A DNA stretch of 63,747 nucleotides, filler included, from Globobulimina sp. (lineage: Eukaryota): assembly GCA_003354225.1 (NCBI GenBank). It is 28 parts of 28 records of this genome, joined end to end, with 100 filler letters (N's around TTAATTAATTAA, not from the genome) between each part and the next. Parts side by side here need not be neighbours in the genome. Positions count along the whole stretch, not along the records: positions 34,222 to 36,401 come from PIVH01008385.1; positions 36,502 to 38,681 come from PIVH01008386.1; positions 38,782 to 40,961 come from PIVH01008387.1; positions 41,062 to 43,240 come from PIVH01008388.1; positions 43,341 to 45,519 come from PIVH01008389.1; positions 45,620 to 47,798 come from PIVH01008390.1; 22 more parts are not named here. One strand, given 5' to 3'. The notes beneath the pieces were generated by a model. That model had not been told where the DNA came from. It worked only from the letters and a program-made list of their open reading frames with translations, and did not search any database. This document shows, piece by piece, positions 36,169 to 47,798 of this stretch (positions are counted from its first letter, which is position 1; every line of letters begins with the position of its first letter). Both the position numbers and the translations under genes were made by a program.

Positions 36169-36808
36169 AAGACACTGCCTAAATTAAAAATAAAACAGAC
36201 TTAAAAAGAAAACTTTATTTTGTAACCTTCTAAAGACACGTTGGGGTAACTGTCAAATCCCGTTAGGATCCAACATTTTCGGTGGTCGAAGACTTTGATA
36301 TTGTTTATCCTAAGTTTAGTTGAATTAATAATCGGTAATTATAAACTTTTGATAATATATATCTTAGTCTTTGGTTTGGATCCTACCGACATTACCCGCA
36401 ANNNNNNNNNNNNNNNNNNNNNNNNNNNNNNNNNNNNNNNNNNNNTTAATTAATTAANNNNNNNNNNNNNNNNNNNNNNNNNNNNNNNNNNNNNNNNNNN
36501 NTGGTGACAACAGTGTATACAAAATAGTTAACAAACACTCGTTATCACGATGCGTGATCACTGCAAGGTGTTTTTGATTTGGTTATAACACATATGTGTC
36601 AAATGAGCGTTGTTACCACCTATCAACACTACGCAGGGCGATAAAATAGAACCACAACCATTGTCATTTGAAGTTGCGGTGATTTGATCTCAGATATATC
36701 CCCGGGACAGTTTTTTTGTGTTTTCTATAAAAAGCTTTAATTTCGGAGGCAAACCTAAGGAAGGTCACTATTTAATATTTATATAATAGAATATGAAGAG
36801 AGTTATAA

Positions 36809-37895
36809 TTACGGCATATTGACAGCATAGTCATTTATTGTCCATTGAGCGTGATATGGAATGGATGGGAAAGATTCAGCCGCATTGTTTTTGAATTGAA
36901 TCGGTAGCCAAATATAAGTGGCATCGCCAACATGCGGATTATTCCAGATATCAAACATCGCCATGAACACATATTTCTTATTTGCGGCGTCCTCCAATCT
37001 GACAACATACGTACTCTGCGAACCATATGTCGTCGACGAAGTTGTCGGATTTGGGCATTGGTCGCCATTGTTATTGTCCCACGTCGCATGATCCAAACCT
37101 TGTGCTGCTGTGCTTTTTGTTGTACACAATTCCGCCGGATTCGGATCCCATCCTTGACAAATTACAAAAATATATAAGAAATATATACTGTAATATATAA
37201 TACAAACAAATTAAACCAGTTAAATGGCTGCCAAACAGATAATACGTATCCAACTCAAATATGGTGACGCCTTCCATGCGCGGTCCCCGTGAGGTGATGC
37301 CGGCGGAGGAGGTGGTGAGATAATCATCGCTTAATCGAGATATTCCTGCATACGAATTGGAGACAGATCTTACTAAATATCCTTTGCTGCCGTCTTGAAA
37401 GAGGCCCATATCGTAACTTGATTGGCCATCGGGTTTGAAGGCCGCCACAAATTTGTAATTTCCACAGATTGTGGCACTCGATGCGACGCCGACTGATTGC
37501 AACGAGAATGAGGAGGTATCCAAATGGAACCACATGACAAAGTTATTATTCTTTGCATTCTGTAATACTTTGGGTCTCTCAATTCGCCAAGGCGGGTTTC
37601 CGACTTTTGCCACCACCGAGCTGTTATGGAAAATATCATTCACAAATCTCCAGTTCACCAAATCTGACGAAGAATAACAATTAATTCCTTCCGACAGCCA
37701 GCCCGGCTGCACTTTCTGTGTCGTGCCAATCAAATAAAAGACATTGTTATATTCATAGATCTGGCCGCCGTGCGCATGCATAAATTTGCCAGTTGTATCC
37801 ACCCATTTCGTATTGTCAATTACTGCATTTCCCGGATACGTGGCTGCACTCAATTGCAATGATAGAAAATATATTAAACACAACAAAACAGGCAT
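36809..37895 (-). CDS. Secreted glycoside hydrolase family 43 (GH43_24-like, exo-beta-1,3-galactanase type); intron 37153-37216
   Basis: Signal peptide, then WVDTTGKFMHAHGG, CYSSSDLVNW, IERPKVL, FVMWFHLD, SYDMGLFQD, spliced SHLTGWDPN, TYGSQSTYV, YIWLPI. Confidence 0.88.
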
Positions 37896-38001
37896 GATAT
37901 ATATGTCCTAGTTTTTCTCTCGAGTTTTAACAGATAATCCTTGCTCTCTGAACAGTGAACAAAACAGATAATCCTTGCTCTCAATTGTACTTTTTTTAAT
38001 C

Positions 38002-38681
38002 ATGCAAAGCAAGATAAGAAACAAAGAGTACTCAAAATCAAAGGAAGACGTACCTGTCTGTGTTTGCGGTAAACCTTTTATTACCAAATTAGTCTCCGAA
38101 TGCTACGATGGATCAGGTGTAGGCTGTGATGAATGTGGTAAAAACATACCTATAATAGATCGCGTGTATCATTGTCCAGCCGACAAAGACAACATACTAC
38201 ACACCAATGGCTATGATCTTTGTCTTCCATGTTATGCAAAGAAATCCGATGAAGTGAATACTGATAATATCTTGTTCCAAATATGGTTTATTATCAATTG
38301 TTTAAACAAAGATTTATATGAGACGTTGTCAGCAAAATATCAAATTAATTCGCGAAAATCATTGATCTCCAAATCAACATTTGAAATATTTCAATGTTTA
38401 ATGTCTGTAAATTGGAATGCATTCAATGATGGTACTTCAATGAAAGTATTCTGTGATAAATATGACAAATTAAAAGAAAAACGTTTAGCATTAAAAAATA
38501 CGTCATACAAATTTCAAAGTAATCCACATCAATCTCAATCTGCGAGTCCCTCCGGGCGGTATGTTCGATATAACAACAATGTGTTAGGCAGAGGTGGTGG
38601 TGGTGGTGGATTTGAATTTGATTCTTTTTTCGGTGGTGGCGGTGGTTCGAGTTTTGGCGGTGCCGCAGTGCCAACTTCTTC
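38002..38681 (+). CDS. ZZ-like zinc-finger protein, 3'-truncated
   Basis: CVCG...CY....VGCDECG.....VYHC......H..GYDLCLPC. Confidence 0.65.
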
Positions 38682-38802
38682 NNNNNNNNNNNNNNNNNNN
38701 NNNNNNNNNNNNNNNNNNNNNNNNNTTAATTAATTAANNNNNNNNNNNNNNNNNNNNNNNNNNNNNNNNNNNNNNNNNNNNAACTAAACAACTATTAAAA
38801 GA

Positions 38803-40896
38803 ATGTACCGTCAAAACAGGAAATCCTGTCATCGTTACCACCGACAAGCACTTACGCAAACCAGCAAAGCCAAAAAAAGAAATGACAAAACTGCGCCAAA
38901 CGACAAATTGAAACACCTAAAAGCCAAACAACAGAAACCACAAGTTGTAGATGGAGCAAACAACATTAATGCCACATTATCCATCAAAGACATGGATAAG
39001 TTAAATGATTACATTCATGAATATTTGATATTTCACGGTTATGATCAAACAATTTATGAGTTTGAGAAAGAAAGAATATCCAACAGCTACACACAAATCA
39101 ATTGCAAGCTGGAACACAATTTAATAAATACCAATATTGTAAACAACGATGAAATGCGGAACGAAATATTACAGAAAATCACCGCAATGTTCGATAACAA
39201 TGATATCAGCGGAATCCTCAAATTATGGAATAGGTTCATACCAAAACCAGTATTAAACACCGATGCCTATGCCATAAAAATTGAATGTCATCTGCAGATT
39301 TATAAATTTATAACAAAAACCAACAAAAACTGTATACAGAATCTGAAAGTGATCCGATCGGAATTACAGTCATATTTTAATGATAACGGTGCCCGTTTAG
39401 CACTGTGTCAAGCCGTATTGCCGTATTTAGGCCTACCTTTCGTCGACAATGCACAAAGTCATCCCATATTCTCTCGGTTTTATGGACCCAAATTCGCCCA
39501 CAATCTCCGGTCGCAATTCACTGGATTTGTGCTCAAATCCATCGACAAGATAAATGTTCCCAAATTGCACTCAGTCTTTGCCGTGTCACAGCACATAGAC
39601 ATTGATTATTGTTTAACGAAAATGCTGCGAATTACATCGGATTTTGTAGCTTCAATGCAATATTGTTTGGATAATAAGTTGCCTCCAACAGCAGCAATGA
39701 TTGGTGCTTGCAAACAGAAAATGGCCATACTTGCCGGGGATATCTTGCATGAAAGGAACCGTAAACAGAGCTACAAAGTAAAAGTCACAGACTCAACTGG
39801 CGACATTCCCTGCGTTCAATATGACGACAGCGATAAACCAAAGGCTAATGTTATTTGTTTGAATATCGATTATGATAAAATACAAAAAGATTTAAGTGCA
39901 CACAACTGCGACCAAACGAAATTATTGCTGTTGTTGCAATCATTGAGATGGAGAATAAGCAAACTAATCAAGCATAAGGACAGAAGACGCATTGTTGTTG
40001 AATATATTTGTAATGATATCTTTGAATGCAATAATATGAAAATAATAGCTCACTTATTACAGCATTCAAATGTACAGATTATTGAGACAAGTTTACGTTT
40101 ATTGAATGTCGTCTCGTCATTTGCCATCGGACGGACATATTTATTAAAAATTGATGGACTGATAAATATTTTATGCGATACGTTAACAGCAACAGACAAT
40201 GATGATTGTGTACGGATGAATTGTTTGGGCGTACTGCAGAAATTGTCGTTGCGCAAAGAATTGCAGGATAAGATGATTGCGAATGGATTGATTGGATTTA
40301 TAATAGAAATGTTGCAAAGTGAAGAATTGAATGAGTTATCTCAATATACAGTGGAATACAGCACTGCTTTGCTGATGAACTTAACTCTGCGGAGTAAAGG
40401 AAAAAAGCAATGCCAGTTAAATGAACAGCATATAAATAAGATATTGAACACCTTATTAAATTTATTAAATTCAGCATTTGTTGGCCAAATCCATACGTAT
40501 GTTAACGGTGTTTTATATTCGCTGATTTCTGAAAAATGTGTGCGGGAAACGGCGGTAAAATTTGATTTGGAAAATAAATTAAATGATTGCAGTTACGATG
40601 AGGCATCATTTAAACAACAAATCGATTATATTGTGTCTGCGTTGCATGCTCAAAATGTGATGAGTTTGGAAAAGGATTCAGATGAATCGTCAAATGGGGA
40701 TTGCTCTGAAAATGAAGATTACGAAGAACGTGAGCTTGATGTTAATGAATTGGCGGAATATTTAGGTGAAGCAAATAATTATGTTCAAGGTGATCAGTTT
40801 TTATTTGATGAATACCAACAAAAAGTACTAAGCAAACCGAATAACGAGAACAAAATACTAAGAAATAAAAACCGGCCAATAAGTTATCTTTGTTGA
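38803..40896 (+). CDS. ARMC9: LisH + armadillo-repeat ciliary protein ARMC9
   Basis: LisH LNDYIHEYLIFHGYDQTIYEFEKE; LPYLGLPFV...HPIF; LLQSLRWRI; LGVLQKLSLR; YTVEYSTALLMNLTLRSKGK; YVNGVLYSL. Confidence 0.85.
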   Translation: MYRQNRKSCHRYHRQALTQTSKAKKRNDKTAPNDKLKHLKAKQQKPQVVDGANNINATLSIKDMDKLNDYIHEYLIFHGYDQTIYEFEKERISNSYTQINCKLEHNLINTNIVNNDEMRNEILQKITAMFDNNDISGILKLWNRFIPKPVLNTDAYAIKIECHLQIYKFITKTNKNCIQNLKVIRSELQSYFNDNGARLALCQAVLPYLGLPFVDNAQSHPIFSRFYGPKFAHNLRSQFTGFVLKSIDKINVPKLHSVFAVSQHIDIDYCLTKMLRITSDFVASMQYCLDNKLPPTAAMIGACKQKMAILAGDILHERNRKQSYKVKVTDSTGDIPCVQYDDSDKPKANVICLNIDYDKIQKDLSAHNCDQTKLLLLLQSLRWRISKLIKHKDRRRIVVEYICNDIFECNNMKIIAHLLQHSNVQIIETSLRLLNVVSSFAIGRTYLLKIDGLINILCDTLTATDNDDCVRMNCLGVLQKLSLRKELQDKMIANGLIGFIIEMLQSEELNELSQYTVEYSTALLMNLTLRSKGKKQCQLNEQHINKILNTLLNLLNSAFVGQIHTYVNGVLYSLISEKCVRETAVKFDLENKLNDCSYDEASFKQQIDYIVSALHAQNVMSLEKDSDESSNGDCSENEDYEERELDVNELAEYLGEANNYVQGDQFLFDEYQQKVLSKPNNENKILRNKNRPISYLC

Positions 40897-41347
40897 ATAA
40901 GGAAACCGGCTAAGTTCTGAAGCACATATAATCGCATAATTTGTATGATATTGTATATTTANNNNNNNNNNNNNNNNNNNNNNNNNNNNNNNNNNNNNNN
41001 NNNNNTTAATTAATTAANNNNNNNNNNNNNNNNNNNNNNNNNNNNNNNNNNNNNNNNNNNNTTAATTGTTGAATAATTTTGAAATACGGTTATGTTTTTT
41101 TTTGCTCTTTCTGTCCATTTAACAATTATCTAAAACATGTTTTTAGTTTCATCTGAAATATATTTTGTGCTGGTAATTTAAAATAACGCATAATTACAAC
41201 AACGCACAAGTCAAGCAAAATGACGAAAGAGTTAGTCTCATACCCCCTATCTTGAAAGGTTTTCACAGAAATCAAGTATCAAAAAAAAAACCTTTTCTAC
41301 TAAAAAAAACACTCTTTTGTTGCGTTAATTTGTATGAGTTTGTAAGA

Positions 41348-43240
41348 ATGTGTCTTAGTTTTGTAGCTGTTGTATTAATTTGCGTACATTTAGTTGACAG
41401 TATATCGGTGTGTGATGAGAAAGATTTATTAATATTCATCGATTCGACAACAATCCAAGCCAACAATGAAGATGTATTAGCTATTATCGATAGTATCATT
41501 AAAGAGGGTGCCAATGAACATGATGGATTCAGTATTATTGTTTATGGCGATTTGCCAGAAGATGAGTTTGGTAGAGACAAAGATATTGTTTTAGTAAATA
41601 GCGCACAGAGTAAACGTATCCATAAAAAGCGAAAACAAACAAAATTTATAAATGATAAATTGGAATTAATATTCGCTTCGTTTGGAGCAGGCAGTGCGAC
41701 CAAAAGGGTGTCATTATCCGACGCTATATCCATCGCAGAAAATAATAACCAGATTGGCAACAATAAGGAAGAAGAACGATTCATTGTATTCCAACATGAC
41801 GAGTCGATGGCGAATGGTGACGAAAATTGTAATTTAGTGAATGAATTTGGAAATGATATTTATTTCATTTTAGACGACAAAGGAGACTTCGTTTGCGATG
41901 ATGGCGATGCTGAGAGAACATTTGATTTTGCTGAGATAGTAAATGAGGTTTCATTATTGTTTGACTTTACGTGTCCGACTGAAAGGTCTGGCGACCCCGC
42001 AATCGGCAAATTCAAATTGAGCAAAAAAGGTAATTTTATAGAATTAGATACTATCATTACATGCGAGTTGCATTTTGATGAAGAACTGGCGTTAACTGAC
42101 GAATCATTCATAATCGTGAATGATGAAATTAATGATGATGCCAATTTTGATATTGGTGCTTTTCTTTTCGTCTCTGGGGAGGAGGAAATGGCTCAGTTAC
42201 CGGAGGAATGTCAATATCCTATTTTTAAAATTAATAATATCGAAAATGGCGCAAACGCAAATGAATTAAAATTATATGTAACTATCCCCGTATTATTGGA
42301 GTATATGCAGAATGCGAAAATCAAGACACATGATATCCCGTTGAAAACGGCCAAAGCCGCACATTATCAGAAAGCTAACAGAGAGAAGAGACGATTGGGC
42401 GTTTATACTGTTGGCAGTTCAGTGTCGGGCACGTTCGGTGCCAGCGGTTCCGGCGTAGACATGGGAATTACAGCAAGTGCGGGGGTCTCAGTGTCATTAG
42501 ATTTCGACTGGTGCCTAGTTTGGCCGTGCGATGAGTATGGCGTCACCGTGTTATCTCTAACAATGACCGGCTATGCAAGTTTTACACCGTATTTCAATAT
42601 CGATAAAGGATATACAGTCTCGAAATCAGCATCAAAGAAATTCTCCAAAGATCTCTATTTCACTGTTTATGCAGTCCCTGTGTTGGTGACACCGCATATT
42701 GAATTTACAATATCTGTGTCTGGAGAAGCGAAATTTACCATGAATTTGGAGTTTCCGATATCGAGCTCATATACGTTGGGTGTTGCGTATGGTTCGGGAT
42801 TCACCAAATCCTTTTCTGGCCCAAGTGCGCCTGATATTGATTTGTTTGATTCGATATGTCAGGCCGGCTCAGTCACTGTCAGTGCTTCGCTGACTGTCGA
42901 ACTCGGCGTGACTTTGTATCATCTGTTGACTGGTTACATTCAGGGCATATTAGAATCGACCAACACATTAAAGCCATGTCCCGGATGCGTATCGACGGAT
43001 AATACGTTTAAAATGCTTATTGGTGGTTCGATTGATGTCAATATTCTTGGTCTTTCGTTGACTGTCGATTTTGGTACGGCTACAATTCTTAGTCCGTATA
43101 CTTTGTATAGCAACGAATTCTGTGTTGGTTCAGCCAAAGTTGACAATTCACCGCAAATGATTTCTTATCCAGAACCACAACGTATGTTTGCTGACAATAT
43201 TAATAAGAATGCATATGATGGTTATGATTATAGTTCGGTC
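41348..43240 (+). CDS. Secreted precursor: signal peptide, degenerate vWA-like region, KRRL site and beta-rich C-terminal domain; 3'-truncated
   Basis: MCLSFVAVVLICVHLVDS leader; C...DLLIFIDS...FSIIVYG; acidic segment ending REKRRL; then a G/S/T/V-rich region with alternating hydrophobic residues. Confidence 0.6.
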
Positions 43241-43676
43241 NNNNNNNNNNNNNNNNNNNNNNNNNNNNNNNNNNNNNNNNNNNNTTAATTAATTAANNNN
43301 NNNNNNNNNNNNNNNNNNNNNNNNNNNNNNNNNNNNNNNNTAATACTGCTATTTACGTTTTTATTAATATTTATTGTATCTGTTTTTAATTCGAGCATTG
43401 TATACCTGTTTGATTTCGATGCTTCATTGTTGACAAATCCCGCGAAAATCATTAGAATAAGTTCAAAGCAATAAGGAGACTGGTTTATGATGTTGGTTTG
43501 AGATCTGTCGTACGACATCTCGATAAATTTGAAGTTCCGAACATTTCCAAAACTTCACAACTGTGAAGTAAGGCCAGTGCTCTGTTGAAATAACTAAAAA
43601 ACTGTCAAGTAGCTACGCTTCACATCAAAATGTAAACAACTTAGTTTTATTTTAAGACATTTTAATCAATTTAATG

Positions 43677-45191
43677 TTAGCAATACTGAGAATACAGCCA
43701 GCCATACTCAATTACATTTGTAATATGTTTCAACAACAAACAAATCTGAATATCCAAAGTTAACAACGCGTCAATATATTTTGTATTGTTTCTTCCTTTG
43801 TGGACATGATCAGAACGCATACTTATTTTCTTTGGCCTCAATTTTCGCCTCATTCCAGCTCTATGTATTATCATTTTATGATGATTCAAAACTCTTTCTT
43901 TCATTTTAAACCTTCTATCTCCGCTATCTCTATCTCCATATCGATTTCTTTTATTGCTCTGTGTGTCGGCGCCATTGTCTCTTGTTATAAAAAAAGATGT
44001 GTCATGCCGCTTCAACTCTTTTTTTAATTTTCCTCTTTCTTTACCAATATCAATCGATGACAAACCATTTCTTTTCAGTTTTTCATTATTTGTTTGAGTA
44101 TCAATTAAATTTAGTTTGTCCAATAAAACATTTGCATTTTTATCAAAATCATCATTCCATACTTCCATTTTTAACTCAATATCACTCGCACTAACAATAC
44201 CAAAATGATAATGATATATTTCTGGATAAACAGCAAATAAATAATGAATCATTTCAAAATATAATCCATATTTTATTGTATCATTAGAAACAAACATTTG
44301 TGAATACCATCCTTGCATTGAATAATATCTCTCAAAATTATCACTTTTCTTATTATCATTGCCTCGAAAGATATTATATTTTTCATGGATTAAAGTATCA
44401 TCAAAATCTAATTCAAATCCATAAAAGTCGCCATAATTTGTTAAATTTATTTGATATATGATATGATTTAAAAAATATAAATAAGCGTGGCGTATTGCAG
44501 CCCATTTATGATGTTTTGGATTAAATAATTTGATGGCTGACATTTGTCTTTTACTAAGAGTGCTTCTCCAAACTGGTGCTTCAAAATCTAAATCAAAAGT
44601 CCATGTTGCATTTAAATAATATTCATACAGTATGTTTATATCAGTATTATAATTAAAAAAAGCAGCCATAACTGATAGTTTAGTAATTGATAATCTTTGT
44701 ACAACCCACTCTTCTTTGCATGCAATGTGATATACAAAGCCAGAAACAATGGTCAACACTGGATCTCTCCAAAAATGAACTTTTATATTTTCTTTTAATT
44801 CTTTATTAGGATTAAAGGTTAACCATCCTATAAACCCATCATATTGCATATGATAAGATTCTTCATAGTGAATGTCACAAAAATCCACCAAAACATTGCG
44901 TATTGTACGTGATAGAACTGTCCCTGTTTTGTGATGATGAAGCAGCATAATTGATGACGGAAATAATATTTTACAAATTGGATTACGCACAATGTACTTA
45001 TCTGTGTACAAATATGTATCAGAAGGATCATCTGCGTTTACATGGGTATGTAAATCCAATGACGTATTAAGCAGATTGTTCTCCGATGGATATGTTATAT
45101 AGATGTATATATGGATGCATAAACCAATGGTAAATAGTACAAGCATAATCTTGAAAATATTCCATATTTTGAACAGTTTGAGAGTGAACAT
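43677..45191 (-). CDS. Type II membrane sulfotransferase-like protein
   Basis: N-terminal TM anchor, 5'-PSB-like LLHHHKTGT and 3'-PB-like HFWRDPVLTIVSGFVYH. Confidence 0.72.
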   Translation of the reverse strand: MFTLKLFKIWNIFKIMLVLFTIGLCIHIYIYITYPSENNLLNTSLDLHTHVNADDPSDTYLYTDKYIVRNPICKILFPSSIMLLHHHKTGTVLSRTIRNVLVDFCDIHYEESYHMQYDGFIGWLTFNPNKELKENIKVHFWRDPVLTIVSGFVYHIACKEEWVVQRLSITKLSVMAAFFNYNTDINILYEYYLNATWTFDLDFEAPVWRSTLSKRQMSAIKLFNPKHHKWAAIRHAYLYFLNHIIYQINLTNYGDFYGFELDFDDTLIHEKYNIFRGNDNKKSDNFERYYSMQGWYSQMFVSNDTIKYGLYFEMIHYLFAVYPEIYHYHFGIVSASDIELKMEVWNDDFDKNANVLLDKLNLIDTQTNNEKLKRNGLSSIDIGKERGKLKKELKRHDTSFFITRDNGADTQSNKRNRYGDRDSGDRRFKMKERVLNHHKMIIHRAGMRRKLRPKKISMRSDHVHKGRNNTKYIDALLTLDIQICLLLKHITNVIEYGWLYSQYC

Positions 45192-45237
45192 GATTGAAAG
45201 AAATGTTTTTTTTTATTTACACGAAGTCAGTCTGAAC

Positions 45238-45519
45238 ATGTCATCTTTCAACCACAAATATCATCATGTTGTGTTTGGATACATTAGAGATATTCAAGAG
45301 TCATTACCTTACAAAACAAATACATTTTTTACAATACCACCAACAATGTCGATTATTGTTCTGTCATATTTTCGTATGTTTTAATTGTTTTATGTGTTAA
45401 ATATATGTATATTATGAATAATTATTAATTAAAGAGGTTATGGAAGAATGGAGTAAAGAATTAAAAAGTGAGAAAATAATTATTGATTATCAGAATCGAA
45501 ATAAAATTTGTCGATCATC
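45238..45519 (+). CDS. 5' part of a gene beginning with the VFGYIR...IP...IVLSYF motif
   Basis: MSSFNHKYHHVVFGYIRDIQESLPYKTNTFFTIPPTMSIIVLSYF, followed by a donor gtatgt. Divergent from the sulfotransferase gene, 46 bp apart. Confidence 0.55.
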
Positions 45520-45619
45520 NNNNNNNNNNNNNNNNNNNNNNNNNNNNNNNNNNNNNNNNNNNNTTAATTAATTAANNNNNNNNNNNNNNNNNNNNNNNNN
45601 NNNNNNNNNNNNNNNNNNN

Positions 45620-47798
45620 TATTTGCCCGCAATTCGTTGATATCGTCTCTTAATAATTGCTGCGTTAACACATTAACTGCCATTTTCACAGTGGACAAAT
45701 AACCGCATATTTCCTGACGATTTCGATTGAAAAACATGGCGGATTTCTGCTGCTTGATGTTGGGTGTCATAATATTGCCATATAACGAGGTCATAACTGC
45801 AATGGACGGACGGTCTGTCGACTTAATACGAGTTGGATGACATATATCTAATCCTAATACCATGGTTTTGTTGATATCTCCGATTTTATCAAACAACATA
45901 TCGCCAATTTTATAGGTCGTCGCACCTAATTTGTATACGATATCACTCATCATTCCCCACACAATATTCCTCTGTTTGGTATGCGATGTGTCACAAAATA
46001 CTTCATCCGAAATACATTGCGATTTTATGCCTAATTCTATGCACATTCGATGTACTTTGCGTTTTAATGTCGACCCTTCGGAAATATTCGGCAATATTAA
46101 TATCAATAATTGATAATTTATGTTATTTTGCGCATCCAATAATTTATTTTTTAGCTCACTCAAACAATGTAAAATGTCACCGTTCGGTATAAAATCATGC
46201 ATTTCGTCAATTATATTACAGCCAAACCTTCTGCGCTGCAAATATTTGGTGATATGATTCCTTATTTTTTTAATCATTGAGGCCGTCGCACCAACCAACA
46301 AAGTCTTAATCAGCCCAGAATTCGGTGCGATGATTACAGAGCCAATGTTTTTCCATTCGGAGGCGATCGAGGATTCAGTACAGTTTTTAAAATTGTTTTT
46401 ATCCGCTTTGAAGGAAATGGATAATTTCGGTATTTCATACCCAACGGTTCTCATTGCTTTGTTTGATATCGATATCAATGATAATATCATCTCCTTTTCT
46501 TGACTGTGTCTTTGTGACTGCACAGAAATAATATGCTGCACGAAATTATTGACAGAGCTCAGTTCATAATCAATATTTTTACCTAAATATTCCAAAGCGT
46601 CTTTACATTGTTTCTTACTCAAATCTTGATCGAATAATAAATGACAAAATTGCGGCAAAAAGGAGAAGTTTTGTTTATTTCCAACCAAACCATATTTCTC
46701 CGGGAACACATTATTGACCACACCACGTTGTAATAAATTGTCTTTGTGCGATATGCCAATATCGACGCCATTTCTCTTTGTGGCAAATGTGGACTCTTCA
46801 GTTTCTGAGATTTTTATGCAAGTGATATCAATCACATTTTGTGTCGGTAAGTATAACGCTTTGCGGCCTACAAAGCGTCCGACATTGTGCGCATATCGAT
46901 GCCTATCTGACCGATATAACTCTTCTAATTCCAACGCCAATGTGTCGGAATGGACTATTTTATTCGTATTGGATACTTTTAATGCGACACCATTCGGAGA
47001 ATTACAAATTGAAGCCTTAAAACCTCGAATCACACCGATTTTCCTCAATTGTGCGGATTTGGGACTATTATAAACACATTCCACTTTATTTAAAACTTTA
47101 TTTTTATTCGCTGGGAACCAGCCTTTGGACGGTCCAAATCGAATGAATCTAAATTCGGTTTTTAGCAAAATCGATGATACAATACATTGGAATATTTGCC
47201 TCCGTCTTTCCGGGGATACTTCTTCATCGTCGTCGTCCTCGTCTTTTCGCTCATTATTTTCTGTGGGAATTCCAGCATAAAAATGCAAAGTGCGAACACT
47301 GCGCAATGTGAAGGAATAAATATTTTTATCATCAAAATCTTCTGGGAAAGTGATCAAATTCTCATATTTTGCATCATTGTCTTTCTGCGCAAAAGTAAAT
47401 AATGCGGCGGAATTATTGTCGATAACATAGGGATCAAATACGTTTTTAACCACTTTCTTTTTCTCAAATCTGAGCGTTGAAAAAAATACAAAAAAACAAA
47501 TTAATCAAAATACAAACAAGCGGTCCGAGACTGGATACAAATTTTCTTAACTTTTTGAACAATTTATCCAAACCAATCTTATTATTGTTATATTTCCATT
47601 GTTGTTTCTCGTCTTTCTCAGTTGAAGAGGAATATGGTTGAATATGGATTTCGTATTCCAACACATTTATATTTGGATTCAATTGGATAGGAAAGGTATT
47701 CGTGGTCAACGTGAATGGTGGAATGGATATGTTTGGTTTTGGAGCATTCGGTTTTAAAAAATGTACTTGCTTTTTCCATGCATAATCTTTGAAGGTCT
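45620..47798 (-). CDS. Divergent Argonaute/PIWI protein (N, PAZ, MID and start of PIWI), truncated at both ends; intron 47470-47551
   Basis: N-domain TTNTFPI...LEYEIHIQP; GFKASI; PAZ-like ETEESTF...FSFLPQFCHL; MID LLILILPN...LGIKSQCI...IVYKLG; PIWI TMVLGLDICHP...PSIA. Confidence 0.85.

Larger units (their letters stand above)
34222..36401 (+). mobile_element. DIRS/Ngaro-type tyrosine-recombinase retrotransposon, 3' part
   Basis: A DIRS-type RNase H ORF is followed by a tyrosine recombinase ORF on the same strand. Confidence 0.9.
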
